From the NCBI GenBank assembly GCA_944383855.1, contig CALWRB010000034.1, forward strand, positions 425-64,424: DNA of 64,000 nucleotides. The letters run 5' to 3'. This stretch comes from an uncultured Lachnospiraceae bacterium (GTDB lineage Bacteria > Bacillota > Clostridia > Lachnospirales > Anaerotignaceae). Every line of letters starts with the position of its first letter. Position 1 is the stretch's first letter. The notes under the pieces were generated by a model. The model saw only the letters and a list, made by a program, of their open reading frames with translations. It was not told the DNA's origin and ran no database searches. A program made the translations under genes and the position numbers. Of the stretch, positions 48,696-59,475 are shown in pieces.

Positions 48696-49958
48696 TTACA
48701 CCTCCGCTGCCAACGCTCTTTTGCCAATATCTTTCCGATAGTACGCATTCGCAAAGGAAACGGTTTTTACCGTTTCATACGCACGGTCAATCGCTTCCTG
48801 CAGAGTATCTGCCACTTCCACTACGCCCAATACACGTCCGCCGCCTGTCACAAGCTCCCCATTTTCTCCTTTTTTCGCCCCGGCAATGATGATGCCGTCT
48901 TTGTTTTCCGGCAAAGTAATCGGAAAACCGGTTTCATACTTTCCGGGATAGCCGTCAGATGCCATGATGACGCAGCAAGCGGATTTTTTACTAAACACCA
49001 CTTGTGCTTCTGCCAAAGTCCCCTTTGCGATGTGCTGCATAATCTCCAGCAAATCACTTTCCAGTAACGGCAGTACCACCTGTGTTTCCGGATCCCCGAA
49101 ACGGCAGTTATATTCAATCACCTTCGGTCCGTCCGGTGTCAGCATCAAGCCAAAATACAAGCAGCCTTTAAAGGTACGTCCTTCCTGATTCATTGCCGCC
49201 ATTGTCGGCAGGAAAATCGTATCCATGCAAACCTTCGCGATTTCTTCCGTATAATACGGATTCGGCGCAACCGTGCCCATACCGCCTGTATTTAACCCCT
49301 GATCGCCGTCCAATGCACGCTTGTGGTCCATGGAAGAAACCATAGGGATCATGGTTTTTCCATCGGTAAATGCCAAAACAGAAACTTCGGGTCCGGTCAA
49401 AAATTCTTCGATGACGATATGGCTGCCGCTTTCGCCGAAAATTTTGTCTTCCATCATAGAATGGACTGCATTTTTTGCCGCTTCTTTGGTTTCTGCGATC
49501 ACAACGCCTTTGCCCAGTGCCAGTCCGTCCGCTTTGATGACGGTAGGCAAGGGAGCGTTTTCCAGATATGCCAAAGCCGCTTCCATATCATCAAACACTT
49601 CATACGCCGCGGTAGGAATGCCGTATTTTTTCATCAAATGCTTGGAAAACACCTTGCTTCCCTCAATGATGGCCGCGTCTTTGTTCGGACCAAAGCAGGC
49701 AATGCCATTTGCTTCCAATGCGTCCACCGCTCCCAATACCAACGGATCGTCCGGTGCCACAACGGCAAAATCGATTGCATTTTCCACCGCGAAATTTGTA
49801 ATTGCGTCAATATCTTTTGCGCCGATGGCAACACATTTCGCCTCTGTCATACCTGCATTGCCGGGCAGTGCGTAAATTTCTGTCACCTTCGGGTTTTTGC
49901 TGATTTTTTTAATGATGGCGTGCTCTCTGCCGCCGCCGCCGACTACCATTATTTTCAT
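48696..49958 (-). CDS. purD: Phosphoribosylamine-glycine ligase
   Basis: Begins MKIMVVGGGGREHAI...; ATP-grasp layout, 420 aa. Confidence 0.95.
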   Translation of the reverse strand: MKIMVVGGGGREHAIIKKISKNPKVTEIYALPGNAGMTEAKCVAIGAKDIDAITNFAVENAIDFAVVAPDDPLVLGAVDALEANGIACFGPNKDAAIIEGSKVFSKHLMKKYGIPTAAYEVFDDMEAALAYLENAPLPTVIKADGLALGKGVVIAETKEAAKNAVHSMMEDKIFGESGSHIVIEEFLTGPEVSVLAFTDGKTMIPMVSSMDHKRALDGDQGLNTGGMGTVAPNPYYTEEIAKVCMDTIFLPTMAAMNQEGRTFKGCLYFGLMLTPDGPKVIEYNCRFGDPETQVVLPLLESDLLEIMQHIAKGTLAEAQVVFSKKSACCVIMASDGYPGKYETGFPITLPENKDGIIIAGAKKGENGELVTGGGRVLGVVEVADTLQEAIDRAYETVKTVSFANAYYRKDIGKRALAAEV

Positions 49959-49976
49959 GCTGCACTCTCCTCTTTC

Positions 49977-51161
49977 TCAGTGATGGAACAGACGCATACC
50001 GGTAAATGCCATTGCCATACCATAGCGGTTACAGGAATCAATGACATGGTCGTCACGAATAGAGCCGCCCGGCTGCGCAATGTAGGAGACGCCGCTTTTT
50101 GCCGCACGGTCGATGTTATCACCGAAGGGGAAGAACGCATCACTGCCCAGCGCAACGCCTTTGATGGCAGAAAGATATGCTTTCTTTTCCTCTTTGGTCA
50201 AGGGCTCGGGCTTTTGTGTAAACAATGTCTGCCATACGCCGTCTGCCAGAACATCTTCCGCATCATCGGAAATATAAATATCGATGGTGTTATCTCTGTC
50301 AGGTCTGCCCACGGTCGGCAGGAAAGGCAGAGAAAGCACTTTTTCATGCTGACGCAGATGCCAGATGTCCGCTTTGTTGCCCGCCAGACGTGTGCAGTGG
50401 ATTCTGGACTGCTGTCCCGCACCGACGCCGATCGCCTGTCCGTCTTTTGCAAAGCAAACGGAGTTGGATTGTGTATATTTTAATGTGATCAGCGCAATGA
50501 TCAGATCACGTTTTGCTGCATCGGGCAGTGTTTTGTTTTCTGTCACCAGATTTTCCAACAGCGCTTCGTCAATTTTAAAGTCATTGCGTTTTTGTGCGAA
50601 TGTAATGCCGAATACCTGCTTGATCTCGGTTTCTTCCGGCACATAATCCGGGTCGATCTGTACGATATTATAGCTTCCTTTTCTCTTGCTTTTTAAGATC
50701 TCCAGTGCTTCCGGTGTATAGCCGGGTGCAATAATACCGTCAGATACTTCCCGCTTAATCAGGTTTGCAGTCGTGACATCACACACATCGCTTAATGCGA
50801 TCCAGTCACCGAAAGAGGACATACGGTCCGTGCCTCTGGCTCTGGCATATGCCGTTGCCAAAGGGGACTCGTCCAATCCCTCGATATCTTCCACAAAACA
50901 AGCCTGTTTCAGTTCTTTGCTCATAGGAACGCCAACTGCCGCGGAAGTCGGGCTGACGTGCTTAAAAGAAGTCGCGGCAGGCATGCCCAACGCTTCCTTT
51001 AATTCTTTTACCAGCTGCCAGCTGTTAAAAGCGTCCAAAAAATTGATATAACCGGGTTTGCCGTTCAAAATCTGAATCGGCAGATCGCTGCCGTTTGCCA
51101 TATAGATCTTCGCGGGCTTTTGGTTGGGGTTACAGCCATATTTCAATTCAAATTCTTTCAT
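49977..51161 (-). CDS. purH: AICAR formyltransferase (PurH transformylase domain only)
   Basis: 394 aa. MKEFELKYGCNPNQKPA...SFKHVSPTSAAVG matches the AICARFT part of PurH; the MGS-like cyclohydrolase domain is absent. Confidence 0.88.
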   Translation of the reverse strand: MKEFELKYGCNPNQKPAKIYMANGSDLPIQILNGKPGYINFLDAFNSWQLVKELKEALGMPAATSFKHVSPTSAAVGVPMSKELKQACFVEDIEGLDESPLATAYARARGTDRMSSFGDWIALSDVCDVTTANLIKREVSDGIIAPGYTPEALEILKSKRKGSYNIVQIDPDYVPEETEIKQVFGITFAQKRNDFKIDEALLENLVTENKTLPDAAKRDLIIALITLKYTQSNSVCFAKDGQAIGVGAGQQSRIHCTRLAGNKADIWHLRQHEKVLSLPFLPTVGRPDRDNTIDIYISDDAEDVLADGVWQTLFTQKPEPLTKEEKKAYLSAIKGVALGSDAFFPFGDNIDRAAKSGVSYIAQPGGSIRDDHVIDSCNRYGMAMAFTGMRLFHH

Positions 51162-51185
51162 GATCGTTCCGCTCCTTTCTTTTGT

Positions 51186-52622
51186 TTATACATGCAGCTG
51201 TGCGACAACTTCCGAATCGTGGTAACGCGCAAGTAAGGGCTGTACCACTTCCTGAATGAATTCCGTCACCTGAGAAGCGCTTCTGCCGATATACAAAGAA
51301 GGCTCCAAGTGCGTACGAATCTCCTCCAGAGTCAGGGGGAAAGCATCGTCTTGTGCAATTCTTGTAATCAGGTCGTTTTCGCCGCCTTCCAGTTTTACTT
51401 TCGCAGCTGCTGCATGGGAATGTGTACGCAGTCTTTCATGCAGCTGCTGACGGTTGCCGCCGCGTTTTACGGATTCCATCAAAATATTTTCTGTCGCCAT
51501 AAACGGCAGTTTCTCCATCACTCTGCGGCGTACGATCTTATCATATACCACAATACCGCCTGTGACATTGATGTAAATATTCAAAATGGAGTCCACCGCC
51601 AAAAATGCTTCTGCAACGGAAATGCGTTTGTTTGCGGAATCGTCCAGTGTACGTTCAAACCACTGTGTACCTGCGGTCATAGCAGGGTTTAAGCTGTCGA
51701 TAATGACATAACGCGCCAAAGCGGAAATTCTCTCGCTGCGCATCGGGTTTCTCTTATAAGGCATTGCGGAGGAGCCGATCTGATTTTTCTCAAACGGTTC
51801 TTCCATTTCTTCAAAGGACTGCAAAATACGCATATCATTCGAGAATTTATACGCGCTTTGCGCAAAGCCGGATAATACGGAAAGGAAGTACGCGTCCACC
51901 TTTCTGGAATAGGTCTGACCGGAAACGGGAACCACACCGTCAAAGCCCATTTCTTTTGCAATATAGGCTTCCATCTGTTTGATTTTCTCCTCATCGCCGT
52001 CAAACAGCTCCATAAAACTTGCCTGTGTGCCTGTCGTTCCTTTGGAGCCCAGCATCAGCAGCTCATCTAAGCGGTGCTGCAACTCCTTCATATCCTGAGA
52101 AAGCTCATACATCCAAAGTGTGGCACGCTTACCGACAGTGGTCAGCTGTGCAGGCTGCAAATGGGTATAAGCAAGGCAGGGGAGTTCTTTATATTCTTCT
52201 GCGAATTTTGCCAGATTTGCCAACACCTGTGCCGCTTTTTTCAAAATCAGCAAAGATGCTTCCTTCATCAAAATCACATCTGTGTTATCGCCGACATAGC
52301 AGCTGGTCGCGCCCAAGTGAATGATCGGCTCCGCATCGGGGCACTGTTTGCCGTATGCGTAAACATGACTCATGACATCATGACGCACGATTTTTTCTCT
52401 TTCCTGTGCCACTTCAAAGTTAATATCGTCCTTAAACGCTTCCATCTGCGCGATCTGTTCGTCGGTGATGGCAAGCCCCAGTTCTTTTTCCGCTTTTGCC
52501 AAAGCGATCCAAAGTCTGCGCCAGGTCTGGAATTTATGGCGTTCCGAGAAGATCTGCTGCATCTCCTTGCTGGCATATCTGGTGGAAAAAGGGGAAATAT
52601 AAGTATCTTTTGTCTGATCCAT
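51186..52622 (-). CDS. purB: Adenylosuccinate lyase
   Basis: Sequence YISPFSTRYASKEM...GSSAMPYKRNP carries the fumarate-lyase signature. Start set to the ATG at 52622. Confidence 0.95.
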   Translation of the reverse strand: MDQTKDTYISPFSTRYASKEMQQIFSERHKFQTWRRLWIALAKAEKELGLAITDEQIAQMEAFKDDINFEVAQEREKIVRHDVMSHVYAYGKQCPDAEPIIHLGATSCYVGDNTDVILMKEASLLILKKAAQVLANLAKFAEEYKELPCLAYTHLQPAQLTTVGKRATLWMYELSQDMKELQHRLDELLMLGSKGTTGTQASFMELFDGDEEKIKQMEAYIAKEMGFDGVVPVSGQTYSRKVDAYFLSVLSGFAQSAYKFSNDMRILQSFEEMEEPFEKNQIGSSAMPYKRNPMRSERISALARYVIIDSLNPAMTAGTQWFERTLDDSANKRISVAEAFLAVDSILNIYINVTGGIVVYDKIVRRRVMEKLPFMATENILMESVKRGGNRQQLHERLRTHSHAAAAKVKLEGGENDLITRIAQDDAFPLTLEEIRTHLEPSLYIGRSASQVTEFIQEVVQPLLARYHDSEVVAQLHV

Positions 52623-52638
52623 AGTTCTCTTTATCTCC

Positions 52639-53358
52639 TTACTGATTCTTATTGACCATACGGTTTTCTTGTGCGCCTGTTGCAAGATCTACATATCTGA
52701 CATACATCGAGATCTTGTTGTTTTCATCCAAACTGTTCCAAATCAAGTCTGCCCATGCATCAATATCGTCCAATACCGCCACACGTTCGGGTTCTCCTTG
52801 GAACGTAGGAATCGGATTGCCGTCGCAAACATAGGTATGGATAAAATGACCCACACCTGCCAACGCGGGGTAAGCAAAATGATAACGGCTGCAAGCGCTG
52901 CCCTGTGCGTCCGCACTTTTCAAGATACTCATTTCGTAGGAAAAATCGCCTTCCCCAAATGTCAGCATACCGCTGATACGAGGGGTAAAATTCGGCGCGT
53001 CGGGCTCAAACTCTCTGGTGGTCAAAGCCTCGGCAAATGTTTTTCCTTCCTTTATATAGTCATAAATCGTATCGGTCTGGTCGCCGTTGGTCACGATCAA
53101 ACGATCGCCCAATTTGCGGATCGGTGCGTAAATGATCAAAGACGGATCCTCTACTTTAGAATAATCAAAAGGTTTGATGATAACGTCGTCCCCATTTTCT
53201 TCGAAAATACGATTTCGGCTGTTTTCACTGCGTCCCATAATAAAATATGCCACTGCCGCTTTCGTTCCGTCGGGTGTTTTCCCGATGATAATGCCTCTGC
53301 CTACATAGGAATTGCCCTCGATCAGCTGATCGAACGCGTTGATTTTATATACGTCCAC
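52639..53358 (-). CDS. purO: IMP cyclohydrolase, PurO-like (archaeal type)
   Basis: 239 aa; NSYVGRGIIIGKTPDGTKAAVAYFIMGRSENSRNRIF is typical of the PurO-type IMP cyclohydrolase family. GTG start. Confidence 0.8.
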   Translation of the reverse strand: MDVYKINAFDQLIEGNSYVGRGIIIGKTPDGTKAAVAYFIMGRSENSRNRIFEENGDDVIIKPFDYSKVEDPSLIIYAPIRKLGDRLIVTNGDQTDTIYDYIKEGKTFAEALTTREFEPDAPNFTPRISGMLTFGEGDFSYEMSILKSADAQGSACSRYHFAYPALAGVGHFIHTYVCDGNPIPTFQGEPERVAVLDDIDAWADLIWNSLDENNKISMYVRYVDLATGAQENRMVNKNQ

Positions 53359-53360
53359 GC

Positions 53361-53972
53361 TTACCGCCCTTTCTGTAATTTCTCACAAACCATTTCCACG
53401 CCTTTTGGCAGCAGAACCCATTCCGCCTGTTCCATCACTCGTCTTTGCAGTACTTCCGGCGTATCGCCTTCTTTGACTTCTACTGCTTTTTGCAGTAAGA
53501 TCTCGCCGCCGTCAGGAATTTCATTGACATAATGCACTGTCGCGCCCGTCACCTTCACACCGTAAGAAAGCGCCGCCTCATGCACCTTCAGTCCGTAGTA
53601 ACCCTTGCCGCAGAAAGAAGGGATCAAAGACGGATGCACATTTAAAATACGCCCCGGGTATAAAGAAGTGAAACCTTCGCTCAGGATAGACATAAAGCCC
53701 GCCAATACGATCAGTTCGATCTCATTTTCCCGCAGCACCTCTACCAAAGCCTTTTCATATGCTTCCTGAGAGGCAAAAGCCTTTCTTTGCACCACACAGG
53801 AAGGAATATCGTTTTCTTTCGCTCTGGTCAGCGCATAAGCGGAAGGATTGCTTGCCACAACCAGAACGATCTTTCCGTTGTTGACAATACCGCTTTTTTG
53901 CGCATCGATCAGCGCCTGCAAATTAGTTCCGCCGCCGGAAACAAACACTGCGATTTTGATTTTGTTCAGCAT
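53361..53972 (-). CDS. purN: Phosphoribosylglycinamide formyltransferase
   Basis: Sequence [17 protein letters not shown]...NVHPSLIP. Confidence 0.93.
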   Translation of the reverse strand: MLNKIKIAVFVSGGGTNLQALIDAQKSGIVNNGKIVLVVASNPSAYALTRAKENDIPSCVVQRKAFASQEAYEKALVEVLRENEIELIVLAGFMSILSEGFTSLYPGRILNVHPSLIPSFCGKGYYGLKVHEAALSYGVKVTGATVHYVNEIPDGGEILLQKAVEVKEGDTPEVLQRRVMEQAEWVLLPKGVEMVCEKLQKGR

Positions 53973-55003
53973 AAGATCACACCTTCGTCAGAAGAAACGA
54001 TTTCGCCCATCACATATGCATCTTCACCGGCTGCCTGTAACAACGCCAGAGATTTTTCCGCATCTTCTTTTGCCACAATGACACACATACCTACACCCAT
54101 ATTAAAGGTATTGAACATATCTCTTTCAGGGATATTGCCTTTTTGGGCGATCAAAGAGAAGATCGGCGGGATACGCAGTGCGCTTTTTTCGATTTTTGCG
54201 GAAAGCCCCTTCGGAATGCTTCTGGGGATATTTTCATAAAAGCCGCCGCCTGTGATATGGGAAACCGCCTTTACCTTCACTTCCTGCATTAGCTTAAGCA
54301 TGGGTTTTACATAAATTTTGGTAGGTGTCAGCAAAGTTTCGCCGATACTCTTTCCGCCCAGTGCCTCTACCGGGCTTGTAATATCCGCATGCTCCACATC
54401 AAACACACGGCGCACCAAGGAAAATCCATTGGAATGCACACCGCTGGAAGGCAGAGCGATCAGTACATCGCCTTCTTTTACGTTTTCGGGATTCAGCATT
54501 TTCTCTTTATCTACCACACCGACGGCAAAGCCTGCCAAGTCGTACTCATCTTCGGGGTAGAAGCCGGGCATTTCGGCAGTTTCTCCGCCAATAAGCGCCG
54601 CACCGGACTGTACACAGCCATCTGCCACACCGGAAACGACTGCCGCCACTTTTTCGGGGAAATTTTTGCCCACAGCGATGTAATCCAAGAAAAACAGAGG
54701 TTTCGCGCCGCAGCAAATGATGTCATTGACACACATCGCCACGCAGTCGATTCCCACTGTATCATGCTTGTCCATCAGAAAAGCCAGTTTCAGCTTCGTG
54801 CCGACGCCGTCTGTTCCGCTGACCAGAACCGGCTTTGTGATACCTGTCATATCCAATTCAAACAAGCCGCCGAAACCGCCGATGGCACTCATCACACCGC
54901 CGGTCACTGTTTTTGCGATGTGTTCCTTCATCAGTTCTACCGCCTGATATCCCGCTGTGATATCCACACCGGCTGCTTTGTAGCTTTCACTGTGACTTTT
55001 CAT
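53966..55003 (-). CDS. purM: Phosphoribosylformylglycinamidine cyclo-ligase (AIR synthetase)
   Basis: Sequence [13 protein letters not shown]...GTDGVGTKL. Confidence 0.95.
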   Translation of the reverse strand: MKSHSESYKAAGVDITAGYQAVELMKEHIAKTVTGGVMSAIGGFGGLFELDMTGITKPVLVSGTDGVGTKLKLAFLMDKHDTVGIDCVAMCVNDIICCGAKPLFFLDYIAVGKNFPEKVAAVVSGVADGCVQSGAALIGGETAEMPGFYPEDEYDLAGFAVGVVDKEKMLNPENVKEGDVLIALPSSGVHSNGFSLVRRVFDVEHADITSPVEALGGKSIGETLLTPTKIYVKPMLKLMQEVKVKAVSHITGGGFYENIPRSIPKGLSAKIEKSALRIPPIFSLIAQKGNIPERDMFNTFNMGVGMCVIVAKEDAEKSLALLQAAGEDAYVMGEIVSSDEGVILC

Positions 55004-56445
55004 TTCTTTTTGCTCCTTTCGCTCAGCTTTTTCTCAAATCTGTCTTTGCTGGTGCAAGTAGGCACCTCTGTGGGATAGTTGCCGTCGAAACAAGCCGCAC
55101 AGTAGCCTTCGCATTTTTGTGTGCCGATCAGCATACACAAATGATCTTTATTCAGATAAGTAATACTGTCCGCGCCGATGATCTTGCAGATCTCGTCCAT
55201 TGTATGGTTGACCGCGATCAGATTTTCCTGAGAATCTACATCTGTGCCGTAGAAACAAGGATACAGGAAAGGCGGAGCGGAAGAACACATATGTACCTCT
55301 GTCGCGCCTGCATCTCGAAGCAATTTTACGATTCGCGCACTGGTGGTTCCTCTGACGATAGAGTCATCTACCAGAACCACACGCTTGCCTTTCACGGTTT
55401 CGGAAACTACATTCAGCTTGATTTTGACTTTGTCCTCTCTCGCCTTCTGCCCGGGTGCGATAAAGGTACGTCCGATGTATTTGTTTTTGATAAATCCCAC
55501 GCCGTAAGGGATACCGGATTGCTTTGCATACCCAAGTGCCGCGTCCAGTCCGGAGTCCGGCACACCGATCACGACATCTGCCTGCACAGGGTGTTCCATC
55601 GCCAGGCAAGCGCCCGCTGTCATTCTTGCGCTGTGTACGCCTTTTCCGTCCAGAACAGAGTCCGGTCTTGCAAAATAAATATATTCAAAAATACAGATTT
55701 TCTTTTCCGCTGTGTTGCAGTGATCCTCGATCGTGCGGATCTCGTCACCGTCAAATACAATGATCTCGCCCGGCTTTACATCGCGGATAAATGTCGCGCC
55801 CACCGCGTCCAGCGCGCAGGTTTCGGAAGCGATGATATAGGTACCCTCCTTTGTGATACCGTAGCAAAGCGGGCGGAATCCGTTCGGATCTCTTGCTGCA
55901 ATCATTTTGGAAGCACTCATAACGACCAATGAGTATGCACCTTTGATTTTATGCATTGCCTGATTGACCGCCTGCTCAATAGAAGGCGCTGTCAGTCTTT
56001 CTTTCGTGATGACATAAGAAATGACTTCCGTATCACTTGTTGTATGGAAAATAGATCCCTGCATTTCCAGTTCCTGACGCAGTTCAAAGGAATTGACCAG
56101 ATTCCCGTTGTGTGCCAATGCCATTTTGCCTTTGATATGGTTGATCACGATAGGCTGTGCGTTCAATCTGTCGCTGGCGCCTGTTGTGCCGTAACGTACA
56201 TGACCTACCGCCATATTGCCTTCGCCCAGTTTTGCCATCACGGCAGGGGTGAATACATCATTGACCAGACCGCCGTCTTTGTGGTACTGGAACACACCGT
56301 CATCGTTGACAACGATACCGCAGCTTTCCTGTCCTCTGTGCTGCAGTGCAAACAAACCATAGTATGCCGTACTTGCCACACTGGTTTTTTCCTTCGCATA
56401 CGCGCCGAACACGCCGCATTCTTCATGAAGCTTGTTGAATATCAT
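55000..56445 (-). CDS. purF: Amidophosphoribosyltransferase
   Basis: [14 protein letters not shown] shows the Ntn cysteine after a short propeptide. PRTase motif [13 protein letters not shown] and C-terminal Fe-S cysteines are present. Start set to 56445. Confidence 0.93.
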   Translation of the reverse strand: MIFNKLHEECGVFGAYAKEKTSVASTAYYGLFALQHRGQESCGIVVNDDGVFQYHKDGGLVNDVFTPAVMAKLGEGNMAVGHVRYGTTGASDRLNAQPIVINHIKGKMALAHNGNLVNSFELRQELEMQGSIFHTTSDTEVISYVITKERLTAPSIEQAVNQAMHKIKGAYSLVVMSASKMIAARDPNGFRPLCYGITKEGTYIIASETCALDAVGATFIRDVKPGEIIVFDGDEIRTIEDHCNTAEKKICIFEYIYFARPDSVLDGKGVHSARMTAGACLAMEHPVQADVVIGVPDSGLDAALGYAKQSGIPYGVGFIKNKYIGRTFIAPGQKAREDKVKIKLNVVSETVKGKRVVLVDDSIVRGTTSARIVKLLRDAGATEVHMCSSAPPFLYPCFYGTDVDSQENLIAVNHTMDEICKIIGADSITYLNKDHLCMLIGTQKCEGYCAACFDGNYPTEVPTCTSKDRFEKKLSERSKKK

Positions 56446-56480
56446 AATTTCGCACCTCTTACTTGTCTTTTCCGAGAAAA

Positions 56481-57191
56481 TTATTCGCCCAACAGTCTTT
56501 TGCAAACTTCCTGGTATGCGTCTTCCACGCCGCCCAGATCTCTGCGGAATCTGTCTTTATCCAGTTTTTCATGTGTTACGCTGTCCCAGAAACGGCAGGT
56601 ATCGGGAGAAATTTCATCTGCCAACACCAAAGTACCGTCCGCTGTTTTACCGAATTCCAGTTTAAAGTCGATCAAGTCGATATTGACATCTTTCAAATGC
56701 GCACGCAGAATATCATTGATCTTAAGTGCATATTCTGTAATCTTCTTGATTTCCTCCTCTGTTGCCAACTCCATTGCCAAAATATGATAATCATTCACCA
56801 TCGGATCGCCCAGATCATCATTTTTGTAGCAGAATTCCAAAACGGTTCTTTTCATCTTTACGCCTTCTTCCAATCCCAAGCGTTTTGCCAAAGAACCAGC
56901 GGCAATATTTCTGACGATCACTTCCAAAGGAACGATGGAAACTTTCTTTACCAGAGTTTCTCTGTCGGAAAGTTCTTCTACGAAATGTGTAGGGATGCCT
57001 TTTGTTTCCAGCATCTTCATCAAAAAGTTTGTCATACGGTTGTTGATGGAACCTTTTCCGACGATCTGACCTTTTTTCAGACCGTTGAACGCTGTCGCGT
57101 CATCTTTGTAAGAAACGATACAAAGATTTTCGTCTGTGGTTGCGAATACTTTTTTTGCTTTGCCTTCATACATCTGTACTGTCTTTTCCAT
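56481..57191 (-). CDS. purC: SAICAR synthetase
   Basis: Sequence [15 protein letters not shown]...; 236 aa. Confidence 0.95.
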   Translation of the reverse strand: MEKTVQMYEGKAKKVFATTDENLCIVSYKDDATAFNGLKKGQIVGKGSINNRMTNFLMKMLETKGIPTHFVEELSDRETLVKKVSIVPLEVIVRNIAAGSLAKRLGLEEGVKMKRTVLEFCYKNDDLGDPMVNDYHILAMELATEEEIKKITEYALKINDILRAHLKDVNIDLIDFKLEFGKTADGTLVLADEISPDTCRFWDSVTHEKLDKDRFRRDLGGVEDAYQEVCKRLLGE

Positions 57192-57266
57192 TTTGATGAT
57201 CTCCTTTTTTGTCCCATTTGCGTCATTGATTTATGTAAAAATATTTCATAACTGCCCAAGTTAAGC

Positions 57267-57761
57267 TCAGCGGTTGTATTTTTCCTCTGCCGCTGCGTTC
57301 TTCTCCAGAACTTTTTTCGCCATTTCCTCTCTTGCCGCATTCAGCTTCTGCGCCAAAGCGGCGTCCTCTACCGCAAGGATCTGGATTGCCAACAGCGCAG
57401 CGTTTTCCGCTCCGTCAATGGCTACCGTAGCTACCGGCAGACCGCCCGGCATCTGCACAGTGGAGAGCAATGCGTCCAAACCGTCCAGTGTGGAGGATTT
57501 GATAGGGATACCGATAACAGGTAATGTGGTATTTGCCGCCATCGCGCCTGCCAGGTGTGCAGCCTTGCCTGCCGCAGCAATGATCGCGCCAAATCCTTTT
57601 TCTCTGGCTTTGGAAGCAAAAAGTTTCGCTTCTTCCGGTGTACGGTGCGCGGAATAAATATGCACCTCAAACGGCACTTCATACTTCTGTAATGTCACGA
57701 TCGCTTTTTCTACCACAGCCAAATCGCTGTCGCTGCCCATTACGATTCCGATTTTTTTCAT
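57267..57761 (-). CDS. purE: N5-CAIR mutase / AIR carboxylase catalytic subunit
   Basis: Sequence [20 protein letters not shown]...SAHRTPE...AGKAAHLAG. Start set to 57761 with AGGAGGGAA upstream. Confidence 0.95.
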   Translation of the reverse strand: MKKIGIVMGSDSDLAVVEKAIVTLQKYEVPFEVHIYSAHRTPEEAKLFASKAREKGFGAIIAAAGKAAHLAGAMAANTTLPVIGIPIKSSTLDGLDALLSTVQMPGGLPVATVAIDGAENAALLAIQILAVEDAALAQKLNAAREEMAKKVLEKNAAAEEKYNR

Positions 57762-57801
57762 GATTTCCCTCCTATTTAATACATCGCCTTTTTTACACAT
57801 G

Positions 57802-58040
57802 AAAAAAGGGCAGTCCTTCCCCTTTTGATACAAATAGGTTCAGGCTGCCCAGACGGTCGACAAAATTTGCAATGGTCCACATCCGTTCCTCCTCACACAA
57901 AGACACAGCTGAAAAACATCACTTTGCCTGACGGATCTTCGTCGAAAACCGACAAAATAAACGCCGCTGCCACTGCAGAAAAAAATCCGGATCTTTCGCT
58001 CCCATGTGGTGACCCACTGATCCGTCAGTTACGAAAAACC
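57802..58040 (-). promoter_or_regulatory. ZTP (pfl-motif) riboswitch with terminator expression platform, upstream of purE
   Basis: The 5' subdomain is UUUCGUAACUGACGGAUCAGUGGGUCACCACAUGGGAGCGAAA (58036..57994). The 3' subdomain is UUGUCGACCGUCUGGGCAG (57863..57845), containing the conserved CCGUCUGGGC. Its GGGCAG is also the 5' arm of a terminator: GGGCAG...CUGCCC followed by UUUUUU (57850..57802). Confidence 0.85.
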
Positions 58041-58059
58041 CCTAAGTTTTAACACTTGC

Positions 58060-58089
58060 AGTCTATCATAATTTCGGATTTACTGTCAA
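58060..58089 (-). promoter_or_regulatory. Sigma-A promoter of the purine operon
   Basis: Minus strand: TTGACA (58089..58084), 18-nt spacer ending in TGa, TAGACT (58065..58060). Confidence 0.55.
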
Positions 58090-58121
58090 GCAACCTATGA
58101 CGAAAAAACGCATTTTTTCTC

Positions 58122-58150
58122 TTGACACCGCCAAAAGCTTATGCTATACT
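58122..58150 (+). promoter_or_regulatory. Sigma-A promoter of the pyrimidine operon
   Basis: TTGACA (58122..58127), 17-nt spacer, TATACT (58145..58150). Confidence 0.65.
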
Positions 58151-58209
58151 ACTGACAATTTGTAAAGAAATCACCAAGCGTCAAAAACACCGGAAAGGAG
58201 CGACTGAAA

Positions 58210-59475
58210 TTGAACTACATTTTAGCCAACGCAACTGTATTTACGCAAGGCAGATTTGTAAAAACCAACGTATTTATTTCCAACGGAACGATTGTCGATA
58301 TTTCTTCCGACGTTTCTCCATTTGACGGAACTTATTTTGATTTGGAGGGGCGTTTTCTTTTTCCCGGACTCATCGATGTACATGTACATTTCAGAGAGCC
58401 GGGATTTTTTTATAAAGAAACCATTCGGACAGGCTCCCTTGCGGCTGCTGCGGGCGGCTATACCACCGTCTGCCCTATGCCAAACCTAAATCCCGCGCCG
58501 GACACAATGGAGCATCTGCAGCTGGAACTGGATCTGATCGAAAAAGACAGCTGTATCCATACAGTTCCTTACGGCACCATTACATTGGAAGAAAAAGGAC
58601 AAGTGTTATCACAAATGGAAGAAATGGCTCCTTTTGTGGCAGGCTTTTCCGATGACGGACGCGGTGTGCAAAATGACGAAATGATGCTTGCCGCCATGCA
58701 AAAAGCTGTCAAATTGGATAAAATCATTGCGGCGCACTGTGAAGATAACTCGCTGCTAAACGGCGGTTATATCCACGATGGAGAATACGCCAGACTGCAT
58801 GGACACAAAGGCATTTCTTCCGCCAGCGAATATAAACAGGTCGAACGGGATATTGCGCTTGCCAAAAAAAGCGGCTGCAAGTATCACGTCTGCCATATTT
58901 CTACCAAAGAAAGCGTCGCCCTGATTCGTCAAGCCAAAGCCGACGGCGTGGATATCACCTGCGAAACAGGACCGCATTACCTGATCCTGACGGATATGGA
59001 TCTGCAGGAAGACGGTCGATTCAAAATGAATCCGCCGCTTCGCAGCGCCGAAGACCGTCAAGCGTTGATCGAGGGTATCCTGGACGGCACGATCGATATG
59101 ATCGCGACCGACCACGCGCCCCATTCAGCGGAAGAAAAAAGCAAAGGGCTTGCCGGCAGCATGATGGGCATTGTAGGCTTGGAAACCGCTTTCAGCCTGC
59201 TTTACACACATCTGGTGCGAAAAGGCATCCTTTCTTTGGAACAGCTGCTTCAGCTCATGCACACAGCGCCCGCCAAACGTTTTTGTCTGGGCAGCGAGAT
59301 CGCTGTAGGTTCCCCTGCCGATCTGACTGTGTTTGATTTGGAAGAAAGCTACCGTATTGATCCGGAAAAATTCCTTTCCATGGGCAAAGCGACCCCCTTC
59401 GCCGGGGAAAGCGTCTATGGAAAGTGTAAAATGACCATGTGCAGAGGAGAGATCGTATATGCAGAAACAAATTGA
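58210..59475 (+). CDS. pyrC: Dihydroorotase
   Basis: Motifs PGLIDVHVHFREPG and ATDHAPH. TTG start 10 nt after GGAG. Confidence 0.92.
   Translation: MNYILANATVFTQGRFVKTNVFISNGTIVDISSDVSPFDGTYFDLEGRFLFPGLIDVHVHFREPGFFYKETIRTGSLAAAAGGYTTVCPMPNLNPAPDTMEHLQLELDLIEKDSCIHTVPYGTITLEEKGQVLSQMEEMAPFVAGFSDDGRGVQNDEMMLAAMQKAVKLDKIIAAHCEDNSLLNGGYIHDGEYARLHGHKGISSASEYKQVERDIALAKKSGCKYHVCHISTKESVALIRQAKADGVDITCETGPHYLILTDMDLQEDGRFKMNPPLRSAEDRQALIEGILDGTIDMIATDHAPHSAEEKSKGLAGSMMGIVGLETAFSLLYTHLVRKGILSLEQLLQLMHTAPAKRFCLGSEIAVGSPADLTVFDLEESYRIDPEKFLSMGKATPFAGESVYGKCKMTMCRGEIVYAETN

Noticed and set aside
57762-58100. Expected a purine (guanine/adenine) riboswitch upstream of purE
   Set aside because: There is no UAUAAU...GGAUAUGG...CCGUAAAU-type three-way junction signature. 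The region instead matches the ZTP/pfl motif.
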